DNA of 64,000 nt from Shigella phage SFPB. The stretch lies in sequence record OQ031072; one strand, 5' to 3'. The translations under genes were made by a program, and so were the position numbers. Every line of letters begins with the position of its first letter. Position 1 is the stretch's first letter. This document shows, in pieces, positions 29,639-38,787 of the stretch. The notes beneath the pieces were generated by a model. That model worked only from the letters and a program-made list of their open reading frames with translations, was not told the DNA's origin and made no database searches.

Positions 29639-30311
29639 CATGGTTCTGTGTCATGCTTATGATATCAAGCCACTTGATTTAGATATCAGTTCTGCAAGTT
29701 GGTCAGATATTGCTAAAGCTGACTTTGCAGATACAGCAAGAAATGTTGTGTGTAGCTTTGAAGACTTCCACTCAACAAAGACACAGATTCCTTGTCAGGA
29801 TTTGCTAACAGGTAAAACTGTATATGTTGGTCGTAACAGCCTTATCTTGGTTGCAAAGAACTTGGAAGAAAAACGTAAAATGGTCTTAGCAGACATTGAT
29901 GGTGTTCTTACAAGTTTTGACAAGAAACTTAATGCAACTCTGTTAGATGATGGTACTTACTCACAGTATACTAACTTGGTAGACTCTCGCAGAGCTAAAC
30001 CAACATATGTTTTTAACATCCTGTGTGGTATATCAAGAAATGCTGATATAGGATTCTTAACTGCTCGTGGAGAATCACAAAGAGTTGTCACACATCTTTT
30101 CCTGAATGAGAATGTAGACAGTGATTTCCTACTGTTTATGCGTGGATTTGGTGACAATGAGATTAGTGCAGAAAGTTTGAAAGTTCGTATGCTTCAGTCT
30201 TGCATTCTACCTTACTATGATGTAGTATGCTTTATAGAAGATACGGTGAAGAACGTGGCAAAGGTTGAAAGAATCTTACCACACATCAAAACAATGCTTG
30301 TTAAAAACTGA
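29616..30311 (+). CDS. HAD-family phosphatase (possible 5'-deoxynucleotidase)
   Basis: HAD motif I LADIDGVL. Confidence 0.45.
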   Translation: MSESKQFDMVLCHAYDIKPLDLDISSASWSDIAKADFADTARNVVCSFEDFHSTKTQIPCQDLLTGKTVYVGRNSLILVAKNLEEKRKMVLADIDGVLTSFDKKLNATLLDDGTYSQYTNLVDSRRAKPTYVFNILCGISRNADIGFLTARGESQRVVTHLFLNENVDSDFLLFMRGFGDNEISAESLKVRMLQSCILPYYDVVCFIEDTVKNVAKVERILPHIKTMLVKN

Positions 30312-30322
30312 GAGAGTAAACC

Positions 30323-30787
30323 ATGCAAAACATTATTACAGTAGCTATCGATGCTTCCGGTAACAAATCACAGGTAGTTCGTGAGATTATCAAAAGTAAT
30401 TTCGATGGTAAAATCTTTCGTGCAGTAAACGTGAAAGCTGATGGTAACATTCGTGAGTATCGTGCAATGTTGAATGTTACAAAACACGTTAAGGGTGTTG
30501 GTTCAACTACTGCTCATAAAGAAAATCTGATGACTATCTATGATATGGGTATGGCTTCAGAGTTAGGTGCAAAAGGGATTGTACAATCTGGTGCTCCTTA
30601 CCGTTCTTTCAATCTGGAAACTGCTCTTATGCTTTCCTTTACAAGTGGTTCTCAAACTACCACTTACCTCTTCACAGATACTGCAACGGTTTCTGCGATT
30701 AAGGACAATACCATTAAGGCTGGTGTAGCTGCTGCTTCAAAAGCCTCAACAATGGCAGCAAATGTCCTTGCGAAAGTTCTTGGTTAA
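30323..30787 (+). CDS. hypothetical protein
   Basis: ORF track 154 aa. Confidence 0.4.
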   Translation: MQNIITVAIDASGNKSQVVREIIKSNFDGKIFRAVNVKADGNIREYRAMLNVTKHVKGVGSTTAHKENLMTIYDMGMASELGAKGIVQSGAPYRSFNLETALMLSFTSGSQTTTYLFTDTATVSAIKDNTIKAGVAAASKASTMAANVLAKVLG

Positions 30788-30797
30788 AGTTATTATA

Positions 30798-30821
30798 GAG
30801 GCTCCTTCGGGAGCCTTTTTC
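30798..30821 (+). terminator. rho-independent terminator
   Basis: GGCTCC-TTCG-GGAGCC + TTTTT. Confidence 0.7.
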
Positions 30822-30839
30822 ATTTCTAGGAGAAGTTAA

Positions 30840-31187
30840 ATGACGTTTAAAGAATTTTGTCAAGCAGCTTTTGTAATCATTTTCTTAACAGGTGTTGGTG
30901 CTTGGGGAGGTTACACTTACAAGACCAGCCAAGTTAATGAAAAGGAGCTAACTAACCAGAGACTTGTAAGCGTTGCTAAAGATGCTTATCAAGAAGGTTT
31001 ATCAAATCTTAGCTCCAATTACAAAAATGATTTGAAAGATGTGCTTGCTAAAAACAAACACACCAAAGAGGTATTGAACTATGAAAAAACTAAGACAGTC
31101 TTTATTAATGATTGTGCTACTGAGCCTTATGTCAGGGTGTTCAACGAACAAAGTGAGCAGTACCTTCAAAAACTCCCAAGTAAGTGA
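30840..31187 (+). CDS. putative i-spanin (N-terminal TM + coiled coil)
   Basis: TM segment FVIIFLTGVGAWGGYTY; overlapped out-of-frame by lipoprotein ORF. Confidence 0.35.
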   Translation: MTFKEFCQAAFVIIFLTGVGAWGGYTYKTSQVNEKELTNQRLVSVAKDAYQEGLSNLSSNYKNDLKDVLAKNKHTKEVLNYEKTKTVFINDCATEPYVRVFNEQSEQYLQKLPSK

Positions 31188-31347
31188 GAGTGACAAGTAT
31201 ACTCAAGAAGAAGCACGTTATGAGGTTAAAGGCACTAAAGGTGAAGACCTTGCAAGTGCTCTTGAGTTTTATCGTGATGGTTACTATGAATGTACTATTA
31301 AGGCAAACAATTTAATTGATATGATTTTGTTAGGGAATAAGCAGTAA
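31081..31347 (+). CDS. putative o-spanin lipoprotein
   Basis: Signal peptide + lipobox LMSGC; starts inside preceding gene in another frame. Confidence 0.35.
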   Translation: MKKLRQSLLMIVLLSLMSGCSTNKVSSTFKNSQVSESDKYTQEEARYEVKGTKGEDLASALEFYRDGYYECTIKANNLIDMILLGNKQ

Positions 31348-31616
31348 TGACAGAGAAGAATGAAACATTTTTTGTGGAAGGTTATCTTCTGTTACCAAGA
31401 CCAAGTAACACTTACATGAGATTTGACATTATGCCAACGGTTATGGATTATGTAACTTGTCACATCTTTATGCAGGGTGTTTCTGCACAACTTAAACATG
31501 TTGGAAGAGATTGCAAAATACGTGTTGACAACCATCCTGAAATCAACGAGAATCACTACACATGGTTCGGGGAAGATTCTAAAGAAATCTATGCAGTCCT
31601 TAAAACAAGGAAGTGA
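31347..31616 (+). CDS. hypothetical protein
   Basis: ORF track 89 aa. Confidence 0.4.
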   Translation: MTEKNETFFVEGYLLLPRPSNTYMRFDIMPTVMDYVTCHIFMQGVSAQLKHVGRDCKIRVDNHPEINENHYTWFGEDSKEIYAVLKTRK

Positions 31617-31622
31617 GGGTTA

Positions 31623-31952
31623 GTGATGCAACTAGATGGTAAGAATTATGTAGCCGTCTTCTCAGACGGTGAAAAGGAAATTGGTACAGCACAAGTCTGT
31701 CACAGTGGTAAAGAGTTTCTCTATGGGGTTGTTGCATTCATTGGTACTCGTGGTGATATGAAATCTTTTAAAGATTGTGTTGACAAGCTTGAAGAATCCA
31801 TAGAGAATCATTGGTGTCTGATATGGCTTAATGCAGAGAATGTTAAAGAACGCTATGCAAAAGTTGGTATCCATATTGAAAGCATCGAACATGTTGACCT
31901 GTTTGAACTAACTGAAAAGGTGATGTATGAAAGCAATTCTGGTAAGAAGTAA
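31623..31952 (+). CDS. hypothetical protein
   Basis: ORF track 109 aa. Confidence 0.4.
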   Translation: MMQLDGKNYVAVFSDGEKEIGTAQVCHSGKEFLYGVVAFIGTRGDMKSFKDCVDKLEESIENHWCLIWLNAENVKERYAKVGIHIESIEHVDLFELTEKVMYESNSGKK

Positions 31953-32187
31953 AGTTACACGTCAAGTGTTAGCAGGGGCTATATTTGTTGGACGGGATGA
32001 GGTGATGCCATTTGGTTCACGAATCTATAAAGGTTCTGTACTATCACATAGCCACTTTAAGGCTGGTGATTTTTGTCACTATATTAACAGGGGCTATCTA
32101 AGAGAGGAACTCGGATATTGGAAGACCCGCATTAAGGAAAGATACGGTGACAGAGTATTCTTACAAGAGGTAATCTCAAATGGCTGA
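31927..32187 (+). CDS. hypothetical protein
   Basis: ORF track 86 aa. Confidence 0.35.
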   Translation: MKAILVRSKVTRQVLAGAIFVGRDEVMPFGSRIYKGSVLSHSHFKAGDFCHYINRGYLREELGYWKTRIKERYGDRVFLQEVISNG

Positions 32188-32380
32188 TTTCTGCACTAAG
32201 TGTTCTGTTGAGATGTTTGGAAAAGACACAGGGGACTTAAAAGGCCTCTTTACAAAAGCAGAGTTTGAAGCTGGTTCAGCAATGCCAGTAATCTGTGAAG
32301 GTTGTGGTGCTTTATGGGTAGACCATGAAGGTAACCGAGTTAAACCATCTGAAGATAACGAACGTTGGGAGCATTACTAA
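32180..32380 (+). CDS. small zinc-ribbon protein
   Basis: 66 aa with CTKC...CEGC. Confidence 0.35.
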   Translation: MADFCTKCSVEMFGKDTGDLKGLFTKAEFEAGSAMPVICEGCGALWVDHEGNRVKPSEDNERWEHY

Positions 32381-32381
32381 T

Positions 32382-33176
32382 ATGGGTATCGTAAAAATTA
32401 TTAAAGGTGATATCTTTAAAGACTTTGATGGTAAGAAATTTGATATCATTGGTCACGGTTGCAACTGCATGAACTTGATGGGTGCAGGTATCGCAGCAAC
32501 AATTGCCAAACGTTACCCAAAAGCTTATGAAACTGATGCTGAAGTTTATGCTACAGTAGGTGGTGAAAATCATAACCCTAAGCATCTAATGCTTGGTAAC
32601 ATCTCTGTAGCACGTTTTAAGCAGGGTCGAATTGCTAACCTTTACACTCAGGTTATCACTGGCAAAGATGCACGATACAACGCCTTAGAAGCAGCTTTAC
32701 AGCGTCTTAACAACTACTGTAAAGTTAATCAACTTAAGAAAGTTGGACTTCCTATGATTGGTGCAGGGATTGGTGGTCTTGACAGCATGGCTGTGCTGTC
32801 TATCATCAATCAGACCATGAAAGATGTTGACGTTTATATGTATGTCTATGAAGATAAGATGTACAGTCAGTTGACTAGTCCGGTTACTGGTTGGGAAAAC
32901 TTTAGTGAACCTCAATACTTTGATGGTGTTGCCGTGGTAGGCAAGGATAAAGTTACTCTCAAGGTGAAGCGTAATGGTAAGGTACACACCAGTTACCCTC
33001 CGGTTGATAAGTACAATCGAAGTAACGCTCAAGTTACCCACCCGTTACAAGGCCATTGTCACAGAGCCGTAACATTTGGTGATGATGCAAGTGTGTATAT
33101 CGGTGCTGCTACAGAAGAGTTTGCAGAGGATTATATCACACATGAGAATGTTAACTATGTTGAAGCACGTAACTAA
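32382..33176 (+). CDS. macro-domain (ADP-ribose binding/processing) protein
   Basis: GDIFKDFDGKKFDIIGHGCNCMNLMGAGIAATI matches macro-domain GDIT...NAAN...GGGV core; ATG 32382 (track start 32325 overlaps upstream ORF). Confidence 0.5.
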   Translation: MGIVKIIKGDIFKDFDGKKFDIIGHGCNCMNLMGAGIAATIAKRYPKAYETDAEVYATVGGENHNPKHLMLGNISVARFKQGRIANLYTQVITGKDARYNALEAALQRLNNYCKVNQLKKVGLPMIGAGIGGLDSMAVLSIINQTMKDVDVYMYVYEDKMYSQLTSPVTGWENFSEPQYFDGVAVVGKDKVTLKVKRNGKVHTSYPPVDKYNRSNAQVTHPLQGHCHRAVTFGDDASVYIGAATEEFAEDYITHENVNYVEARN

Positions 33177-33201
33177 TAAGTTACCTAAATAGACATAGAC
33201 A

Positions 33202-33250
33202 AGCCCTCCAAAGTTTGAGTTTAAAATCTCAGGTAAGGAGGGCTTTTTCA
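33202..33250 (+). terminator. hairpin + T-run
   Basis: AGCCCTCC...GGAGGGCT + TTTTT. Confidence 0.5.
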
Positions 33251-33430
33251 TTTCAAATTTGTGCAGGTGCAATTGCATAGAACTCTGGACAGATTTCTTT
33301 AGCTGAACTCCAAAGGGAAAATTCATTTTCAATTTGTGCAGGTCTAGACTCCAAAGAGCTTTTTCATTTTCAATCTGTGCAGATGCAGTTGGACTCCAAA
33401 GGGAAAATTCATTTTCAATTTGTGCAGGTA
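33250..33430. repeat. tandem direct repeats (about 40 bp unit, 3-4 copies; core TTCATTTTCAATTTGTGCAGG)
   Basis: Copies near 33250, 33326, 33362, 33406 with ACTCCAAAG(G/A)G spacers. Confidence 0.6.
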
Positions 33431-33602
33431 GGTAGCTATAGGAAGCCAGCCCCACCATCCCCTCTTACTCCCCTTCCTCCCAAAAGTCAAGAGAAAAATT
33501 TGTAGAGAACTAAAAAATAATTCTTGACTAGTTTTCTGTTTTCTGTTAGTTGCGTACACGCGTTTCATTCACAACATGCCAAAAATATTTTTAAAAATTT
33601 TG

Positions 33603-33631
33603 TTGACTCTATGAATCCAGTTTTGTAGTAT
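33603..33631 (+). promoter_or_regulatory. sigma70-like promoter TTGACT-N17-TAGTAT (first cassette)
   Basis: Consensus match. Confidence 0.55.
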
Positions 33632-33685
33632 TTGCATCAACGGGGCAAGATAAAGCCCCAACAATCCTAAACTGGAGAATCTAGA

Positions 33686-33892
33686 ATGTTATATCAACGG
33701 GAATTAATGATTGTAGACAATAACAAAACTAAAAAACGTCGCTTCTTTATGTTAATCTGTGACGTGTGGCAAAGAATATCTGAAAAGGATTATGACAAGT
33801 ATGTTGATACATCAATCAGGTCGGATTGTTATTTGACAAATCACACAAGACAGTTTACAAGACATACAGCAGTTTACTACTATGACGTTTAA
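33686..33892 (+). CDS. hypothetical small protein (cassette-driven)
   Basis: ORF track 68 aa; cassette + ATG. Confidence 0.45.
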   Translation: MLYQRELMIVDNNKTKKRRFFMLICDVWQRISEKDYDKYVDTSIRSDCYLTNHTRQFTRHTAVYYYDV

Positions 33893-33903
33893 AGGGCTTG
33901 ACA

Positions 33904-34065
33904 ATGATTAAAGAAGGCAATGTAATAAGCTACAAAGATTTAGACGGATACCCAAAAATTGGGAAAGTTTTCTACCTTTACAAGTCAGTGATGGATAATG
34001 ACTGCATAGCCCTAACAAATGGCGACAAGATAACCATGAAAGATTTTATAAAAATTATTTCATAA
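33904..34065 (+). CDS. hypothetical small protein (53 aa)
   Basis: ATG 33904; below track cutoff. Confidence 0.3.
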   Translation: MIKEGNVISYKDLDGYPKIGKVFYLYKSVMDNDCIALTNGDKITMKDFIKIIS

Positions 34066-34154
34066 AGTGCTTTACATGGGGTTTAAAAAGGTAGTATCTT
34101 AAGCCCCAGATAAAGAGCTTTACCACTAAACAATCCTAAACTGGAGATTCTAAA

Positions 34155-34538
34155 ATGAAAAAATATTATATGCCAAAATTCATCAAGAAAGAAAACTTTC
34201 GTGATGCTCTGGAAAAATACATGAATGAGCAGTTCAAAGGTAAATTAATTGTTGTCCACGCATACAATTTTAAGTATGATGTAAATGGAAACAAGACAAA
34301 TCACTATACCGCTACGATGCTGGATGGTACACTCTCAGGTGAAAAAGCCATTATCAATGCACTGGCTGGACGTGGTAAAACGTTGATACGTTGTGATAAA
34401 CGCCGATATCAGGGCAGTTCTTATGGTTATGAGGATGCAGTCTATCACCTTGATAACATGGGTTACAATGTCGAAAAAGCTGGCGTGTCTCAAATGATTG
34501 GTAGTGATGGATATGTGACAATTTTTAAAATTAACTAA
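34155..34538 (+). CDS. hypothetical protein (cassette-driven)
   Basis: ORF track 127 aa; cassette upstream. Confidence 0.5.
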   Translation: MKKYYMPKFIKKENFRDALEKYMNEQFKGKLIVVHAYNFKYDVNGNKTNHYTATMLDGTLSGEKAIINALAGRGKTLIRCDKRRYQGSSYGYEDAVYHLDNMGYNVEKAGVSQMIGSDGYVTIFKIN

Positions 34539-34625
34539 TAAAGTGCTTTACATGGGGTTTATAGTTCAATAAGATAAGCCCCAGATAAAGAACTTTATTA
34601 CTAACCTAAACTGGAGATTCAAAAA

Positions 34626-34883
34626 ATGGCTACCATTAAAAACATCGTAATTACTGCAAAATCCCGTGATGATGCTCGTGCAACTGCTAAAAAATTAAAT
34701 GGTAAAGTGGTTGACAACGGAAAAGATTCTACTGTAAGATGGGGCGTAAAGACAGACAAAAAATTAACTCTTAAACATAGCTCTTACAATATGTTTAAAG
34801 GTGTAAAAACTATCGGTAACACTAACGTGTTTACAAAACAGGGTTACAAAATGCACTTAGCATTAATTGGCAATTTAATCTAA
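34626..34883 (+). CDS. hypothetical protein (cassette-driven)
   Basis: ORF track 85 aa; cassette upstream. Confidence 0.5.
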   Translation: MATIKNIVITAKSRDDARATAKKLNGKVVDNGKDSTVRWGVKTDKKLTLKHSSYNMFKGVKTIGNTNVFTKQGYKMHLALIGNLI

Positions 34884-34889
34884 AAGTAC

Positions 34890-34918
34890 TTTACATGGGG
34901 TTTATAAGTCGATAGTAT
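34890..34918 (+). promoter_or_regulatory. cassette promoter TTTACA-N17-TAGTAT inside GGGG/CCCC stem-loop
   Basis: Representative cassette copy. Confidence 0.5.
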
Positions 34919-34969
34919 AAGCCCCAGATAAAGAGCTTTACCAACAATCCTAAACTGGAGATTCAAAAA

Positions 34970-35482
34970 ATGAAATCAGTCGAAAGCACCTTTGAAGTTC
35001 AAAAAGAAAAATTTACTATCATCTTTGAAGCAATGAATGTTTATGAGCCTTCCCATTGTGTGGATAACTGGCAATTCACTGATGAGCATAAAGGAGGAGT
35101 TACAATCAAAGTTAAAAACTCAGAACGTAACGGCTACAAATATGCAATTCCTATGCACTATGCGCTTTCACAGCTTGCCAGTGATTACGCAAAACAGGGA
35201 AGGGATAACCCATCATTAGCCGCTTACAAGAGCTTACAAGATGAACTAGAAAGGGATTTAGGGGCTAATAGCTACATTCTATACGCCTCAGTAGTTGACG
35301 CTGAAGGCAACACGGTTTTAAATAGTTTTTCCCTTGCGTATGGTTTTGATTGGTGCTATCTTGACGGGGAAGATTTAGATTCACGCTTAAAAGAGGAAGT
35401 AAGCAATTCAGGTGCTGAAGAGGAAGTTTTAGAGCGCTTGGAAGATTTAAAAGATAGTGTGATGAATATCTTTAATATCTAA
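34970..35482 (+). CDS. hypothetical protein (cassette-driven)
   Basis: ORF track 170 aa. Confidence 0.5.
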   Translation: MKSVESTFEVQKEKFTIIFEAMNVYEPSHCVDNWQFTDEHKGGVTIKVKNSERNGYKYAIPMHYALSQLASDYAKQGRDNPSLAAYKSLQDELERDLGANSYILYASVVDAEGNTVLNSFSLAYGFDWCYLDGEDLDSRLKEEVSNSGAEEEVLERLEDLKDSVMNIFNI

Positions 35483-35567
35483 AAGTACTTTACATGGGGG
35501 TTATCAAGTTGCTAAGATAGCCCCAGATAAAGAGCTTTACCAACAATCCTAAACTGGAGAATCTAAA

Positions 35568-35858
35568 ATGAAAATTCCTGCTAATGTACGCTCAAAGTTA
35601 AGCCAATTACTACAAAACATTTCTTTTGTAGAATCTCATAGACGTTCACAGGATGTTATAGAGTGGTATCATGGGAAGATTAACAAGAAAGAAGTTTTAA
35701 TCTGTATTTGGAACTTTCAAAAAGAACATGGCAAGCCATTGCTTCAGGTTGACATTTATGATAATACTAGCAAATCAGCAGTAAAATCAAAAGCTGATAT
35801 GATTGATTCATATGAAATTAGTCACACTGGTAGATTATCACACGTTGGGAAGGTTTAA
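35568..35858 (+). CDS. hypothetical protein (cassette-driven)
   Basis: ORF track 96 aa. Confidence 0.5.
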   Translation: MKIPANVRSKLSQLLQNISFVESHRRSQDVIEWYHGKINKKEVLICIWNFQKEHGKPLLQVDIYDNTSKSAVKSKADMIDSYEISHTGRLSHVGKV

Positions 35859-35859
35859 A

Positions 35860-36186
35860 ATGTTACTTTCTGGTATCGCAATTCTGATTTCAATTGTGGC
35901 GCTATGTAAAGCTTATCAAGCCTCAGCATATGCAGATAAGGCCATCACAAGGAAAGTTAAAATAAACCTTGTAAGTAGCTTCTTAGAGCGTTTAAGCGTG
36001 GAACAATTACAACGTTTAGAGATGGGCTTCAGGTTTAAGGCAGACACTTATCAAATCAGTGATGTTTTATCCGGTAACTTTGAGCTTGTTAATGATTACA
36101 ATACGTTACTAAATGCTATTCAAGCTACTGATTTAAAAGAATATTATCCGGCTATTGCACAAGAAATTAATAAACGCAAAAAATAG
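35860..36186 (+). CDS. membrane protein (N-terminal TM)
   Basis: ATG 35860 after GGAAGG; MLLSGIAILISIVALC (track start 35803 overlaps upstream gene). Confidence 0.4.
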   Translation: MLLSGIAILISIVALCKAYQASAYADKAITRKVKINLVSSFLERLSVEQLQRLEMGFRFKADTYQISDVLSGNFELVNDYNTLLNAIQATDLKEYYPAIAQEINKRKK

Positions 36187-36269
36187 CTTGCAAAGGCAAA
36201 TCAAAACAAGTAAAGTACTCATCAACGGGGCAAGCAAGCCCCCAACAATCCTAAACTGGAGAATCTAAG

Positions 36270-36542
36270 ATGTATACAACTAATAATGGCAGAACTTTAA
36301 ATGTAACTTTAAAGCACTATGTAGATGGTGTATTAAACTTTGAAGACTTGCAAGCAGAACAGCACTTGTTAGCTTGGCAAGTAGCAGGATTACAAAAAAC
36401 CGCCACCGGATATGGGAAGAAAATCCCTACATCTTGGAAAGTTCGATACCTTGGAAAGTTACGCAGAATTTATCAAGATGTTTACAGTAATAGTGGTGTA
36501 AGTTACATTATTGTTAGTGGTAAAAAGTTACATCTTGCTTAA
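36270..36542 (+). CDS. hypothetical protein (cassette-driven)
   Basis: ORF track 90 aa. Confidence 0.5.
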   Translation: MYTTNNGRTLNVTLKHYVDGVLNFEDLQAEQHLLAWQVAGLQKTATGYGKKIPTSWKVRYLGKLRRIYQDVYSNSGVSYIIVSGKKLHLA

Positions 36543-36629
36543 TAAAGTGCTTTACATGGGGTTTATAAGTCGATAGTATAAGCCCCAGATAAAGAACTTT
36601 ATCACTAACCTAAACTGGAGATTCAAAAA

Positions 36630-37031
36630 ATGGCTACGAACAAAGATATAGCAGTACTGAAAGCACGTTTGACCGTTAACCGTATTAATGCTATCACATC
36701 AACCGCACCAGATGAGGTTTTACATAACATTATCGGTAAAATTCAGGGTGTAATTTTAGACGTTGAAAACATCAGAAATTCACTTGCAAATGTTGCACAG
36801 GGTGTTACACTTGACGGCGCACAATATGAAATGGCTGATATGCTTTCAAAGTCAAAAGTTCTTAATAAAGAATTAGACTTGAAAATGTTTCGATTTGCTG
36901 TTAAAGTGTGGTTATCTGTTGAGTTTGATGCTAACTTTGCAATTGCTGATTTCTTTGCAACGTGGTTACAACGTAATTTAGAAAAGCAAGATTTTCAAGA
37001 TATCTGCGATACAATTTACGCAGAACTTTAA
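36630..37031 (+). CDS. hypothetical protein (cassette-driven)
   Basis: ORF track 133 aa. Confidence 0.5.
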   Translation: MATNKDIAVLKARLTVNRINAITSTAPDEVLHNIIGKIQGVILDVENIRNSLANVAQGVTLDGAQYEMADMLSKSKVLNKELDLKMFRFAVKVWLSVEFDANFAIADFFATWLQRNLEKQDFQDICDTIYAEL

Positions 37032-37127
37032 AAAACGTTTGACACTAATTTTTAGATAGATTAAAGTACTCATCAACGGGGCAAGACAGAAGCCCCAACA
37101 ATCCTAAACTGGAGATTCAAAAATGAA

Positions 37128-37679
37128 ATGCTTTCACGGAACTACTCAAGAAAATTTTGTAAACCTGCTGAGTGGTGGAGAAAACCTTCAGGGGCTTGGA
37201 ATTGCTCAGACAGTGACGGGTGTTTTTATGTTTACCCTGTTAGTAAGTTCTATGATGTAGAGGATATGGACGCAGAACAAATCACTGAAGAGGGTATTAG
37301 AAACGCTCTGGATAGCGCAAGTATCACAGCGGCTTTCCAGATGAAATCACAAAAAATCGTTATCTTGGAACTTGATATTCCAGAAGATGAATTACAAGAT
37401 GACTGGAGCTGTGAGAACATGAGCGATGTTGCAAGCTTTACAGAATACTTTGATAGGGCTTGGATTAAAAAGATTTACACAACTGAATTTAATGCTATGT
37501 ATGCACCGTTTTTTGTACCTAACTTGAACAATAGAAATCTGGGCTATGTACCTGATGAATTACATAACATTGCTGTAATGATTCAACGTAGCGATGAGAT
37601 GAATAACGTGTTTTGTGATTTGTGCGACAACTTGCAATCTAACATAACAGAAAGCACTGTAAGCGACGTTTTAGCGTAA
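37128..37679 (+). CDS. hypothetical protein (cassette-driven)
   Basis: ORF track 183 aa; cassette-spaced ATG at 37123 is in another frame, start uncertain. Confidence 0.45.
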   Translation: MLSRNYSRKFCKPAEWWRKPSGAWNCSDSDGCFYVYPVSKFYDVEDMDAEQITEEGIRNALDSASITAAFQMKSQKIVILELDIPEDELQDDWSCENMSDVASFTEYFDRAWIKKIYTTEFNAMYAPFFVPNLNNRNLGYVPDELHNIAVMIQRSDEMNNVFCDLCDNLQSNITESTVSDVLA

Positions 37680-37742
37680 ACCATACAATCACACTAACAA
37701 CATTCAAAAGCCCTGTATAGGGGCTTACAAGGGGTTTAAATC

Positions 37743-37979
37743 ATGTTAACGACTATCTATCTCATGCTTGCCGTTTGCTCTGGTGCAAATAATTGTCATT
37801 ATGGCATTATGGAATCTTTCGAAGGCACTAAACAAAATGCAGTAGAGGCTTGCAATATTGCTAGACAGGACTACCCGAAATCGTCTATAATGGGCTGTTA
37901 TGTCTTACAAGGTGAAGACGAAAGCACAGAATACTACGAAAACGTTAATGAAGATGAGTTTTTAGAGATTTACAAATAA
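37743..37979 (+). CDS. small protein with N-terminal hydrophobic segment
   Basis: ORF track 78 aa; MLTTIYLMLAVCSG. Confidence 0.4.
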   Translation: MLTTIYLMLAVCSGANNCHYGIMESFEGTKQNAVEACNIARQDYPKSSIMGCYVLQGEDESTEYYENVNEDEFLEIYK

Positions 37980-38053
37980 AGTACTTTACATGGGGCTTTA
38001 AACCTTGCTACTATAAGCCCCAGATAAAGAGCTTTCCTAAACTGGAGATTCAA

Positions 38054-38203
38054 ATGATGACGCATACTATTGAGACAGTTTTTAACAACCCTGTATTCTC
38101 AGAGATGATTTTCTCATTTATCATGATGTTACTAGTAAAAATCATGAAAAAAGCAGAAAAACTACATTTAAAGAAAAAATCTATTGTAAACCGTATTAAG
38201 TAA
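38054..38203 (+). CDS. small membrane protein (49 aa, cassette-driven)
   Basis: Cassette + ATG; hydrophobic core IFSFIMMLLV; below cutoff. Confidence 0.3.
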   Translation: MMTHTIETVFNNPVFSEMIFSFIMMLLVKIMKKAEKLHLKKKSIVNRIK

Positions 38204-38250
38204 AGTTACAGTATCTATCAAGCCCACTTCCTAAACTGGAGAATCTGAAA

Positions 38251-38592
38251 ATGGCACATGTAACCATAATTACTGATAAAGAAAATTCATCTTGGTCTAC
38301 AAAAGTAAGTGATAAAGTGTCGCCTTTACAGTGCCTAAAATACTTTGAGCAATGGAATCGCGGCGAGGATGTTAGCCCGTTTCATGTGATGCGTATAGTT
38401 CACACTGACAAAGAAGGGAATAAAACAACCTTAAACAGTGAATACTATGCAACACGATTTGAAACAAAAGTTAACACAATGAAAATATTACGTGAATCCG
38501 GCTATGGTCACATTGCCGCTTTAATCTGGAGTGATTTACTCAAAGACCAAAAAATGACCTATGTCAAGACAGAAAAAATCTTTATAAGCTAA
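38251..38592 (+). CDS. hypothetical protein (cassette-driven)
   Basis: ORF track 113 aa. Confidence 0.5.
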   Translation: MAHVTIITDKENSSWSTKVSDKVSPLQCLKYFEQWNRGEDVSPFHVMRIVHTDKEGNKTTLNSEYYATRFETKVNTMKILRESGYGHIAALIWSDLLKDQKMTYVKTEKIFIS

Positions 38593-38787
38593 TCAATGAC
38601 TTACAAAATTCTTTGAAAAAACTGTTGACAATACCCCTTGACATTGATAGATTTGTTCGAGGGGTTTATCTAAAAGGGATTCACTTAAAAGATTCTTTAT
38701 AGATAAGCGTAAAAAGTACTTGCAAAGGTCTAATCATATCTATATAGTATCTTCAAAAGGCAACTTCCTAAACTGGAGAATCACTAA

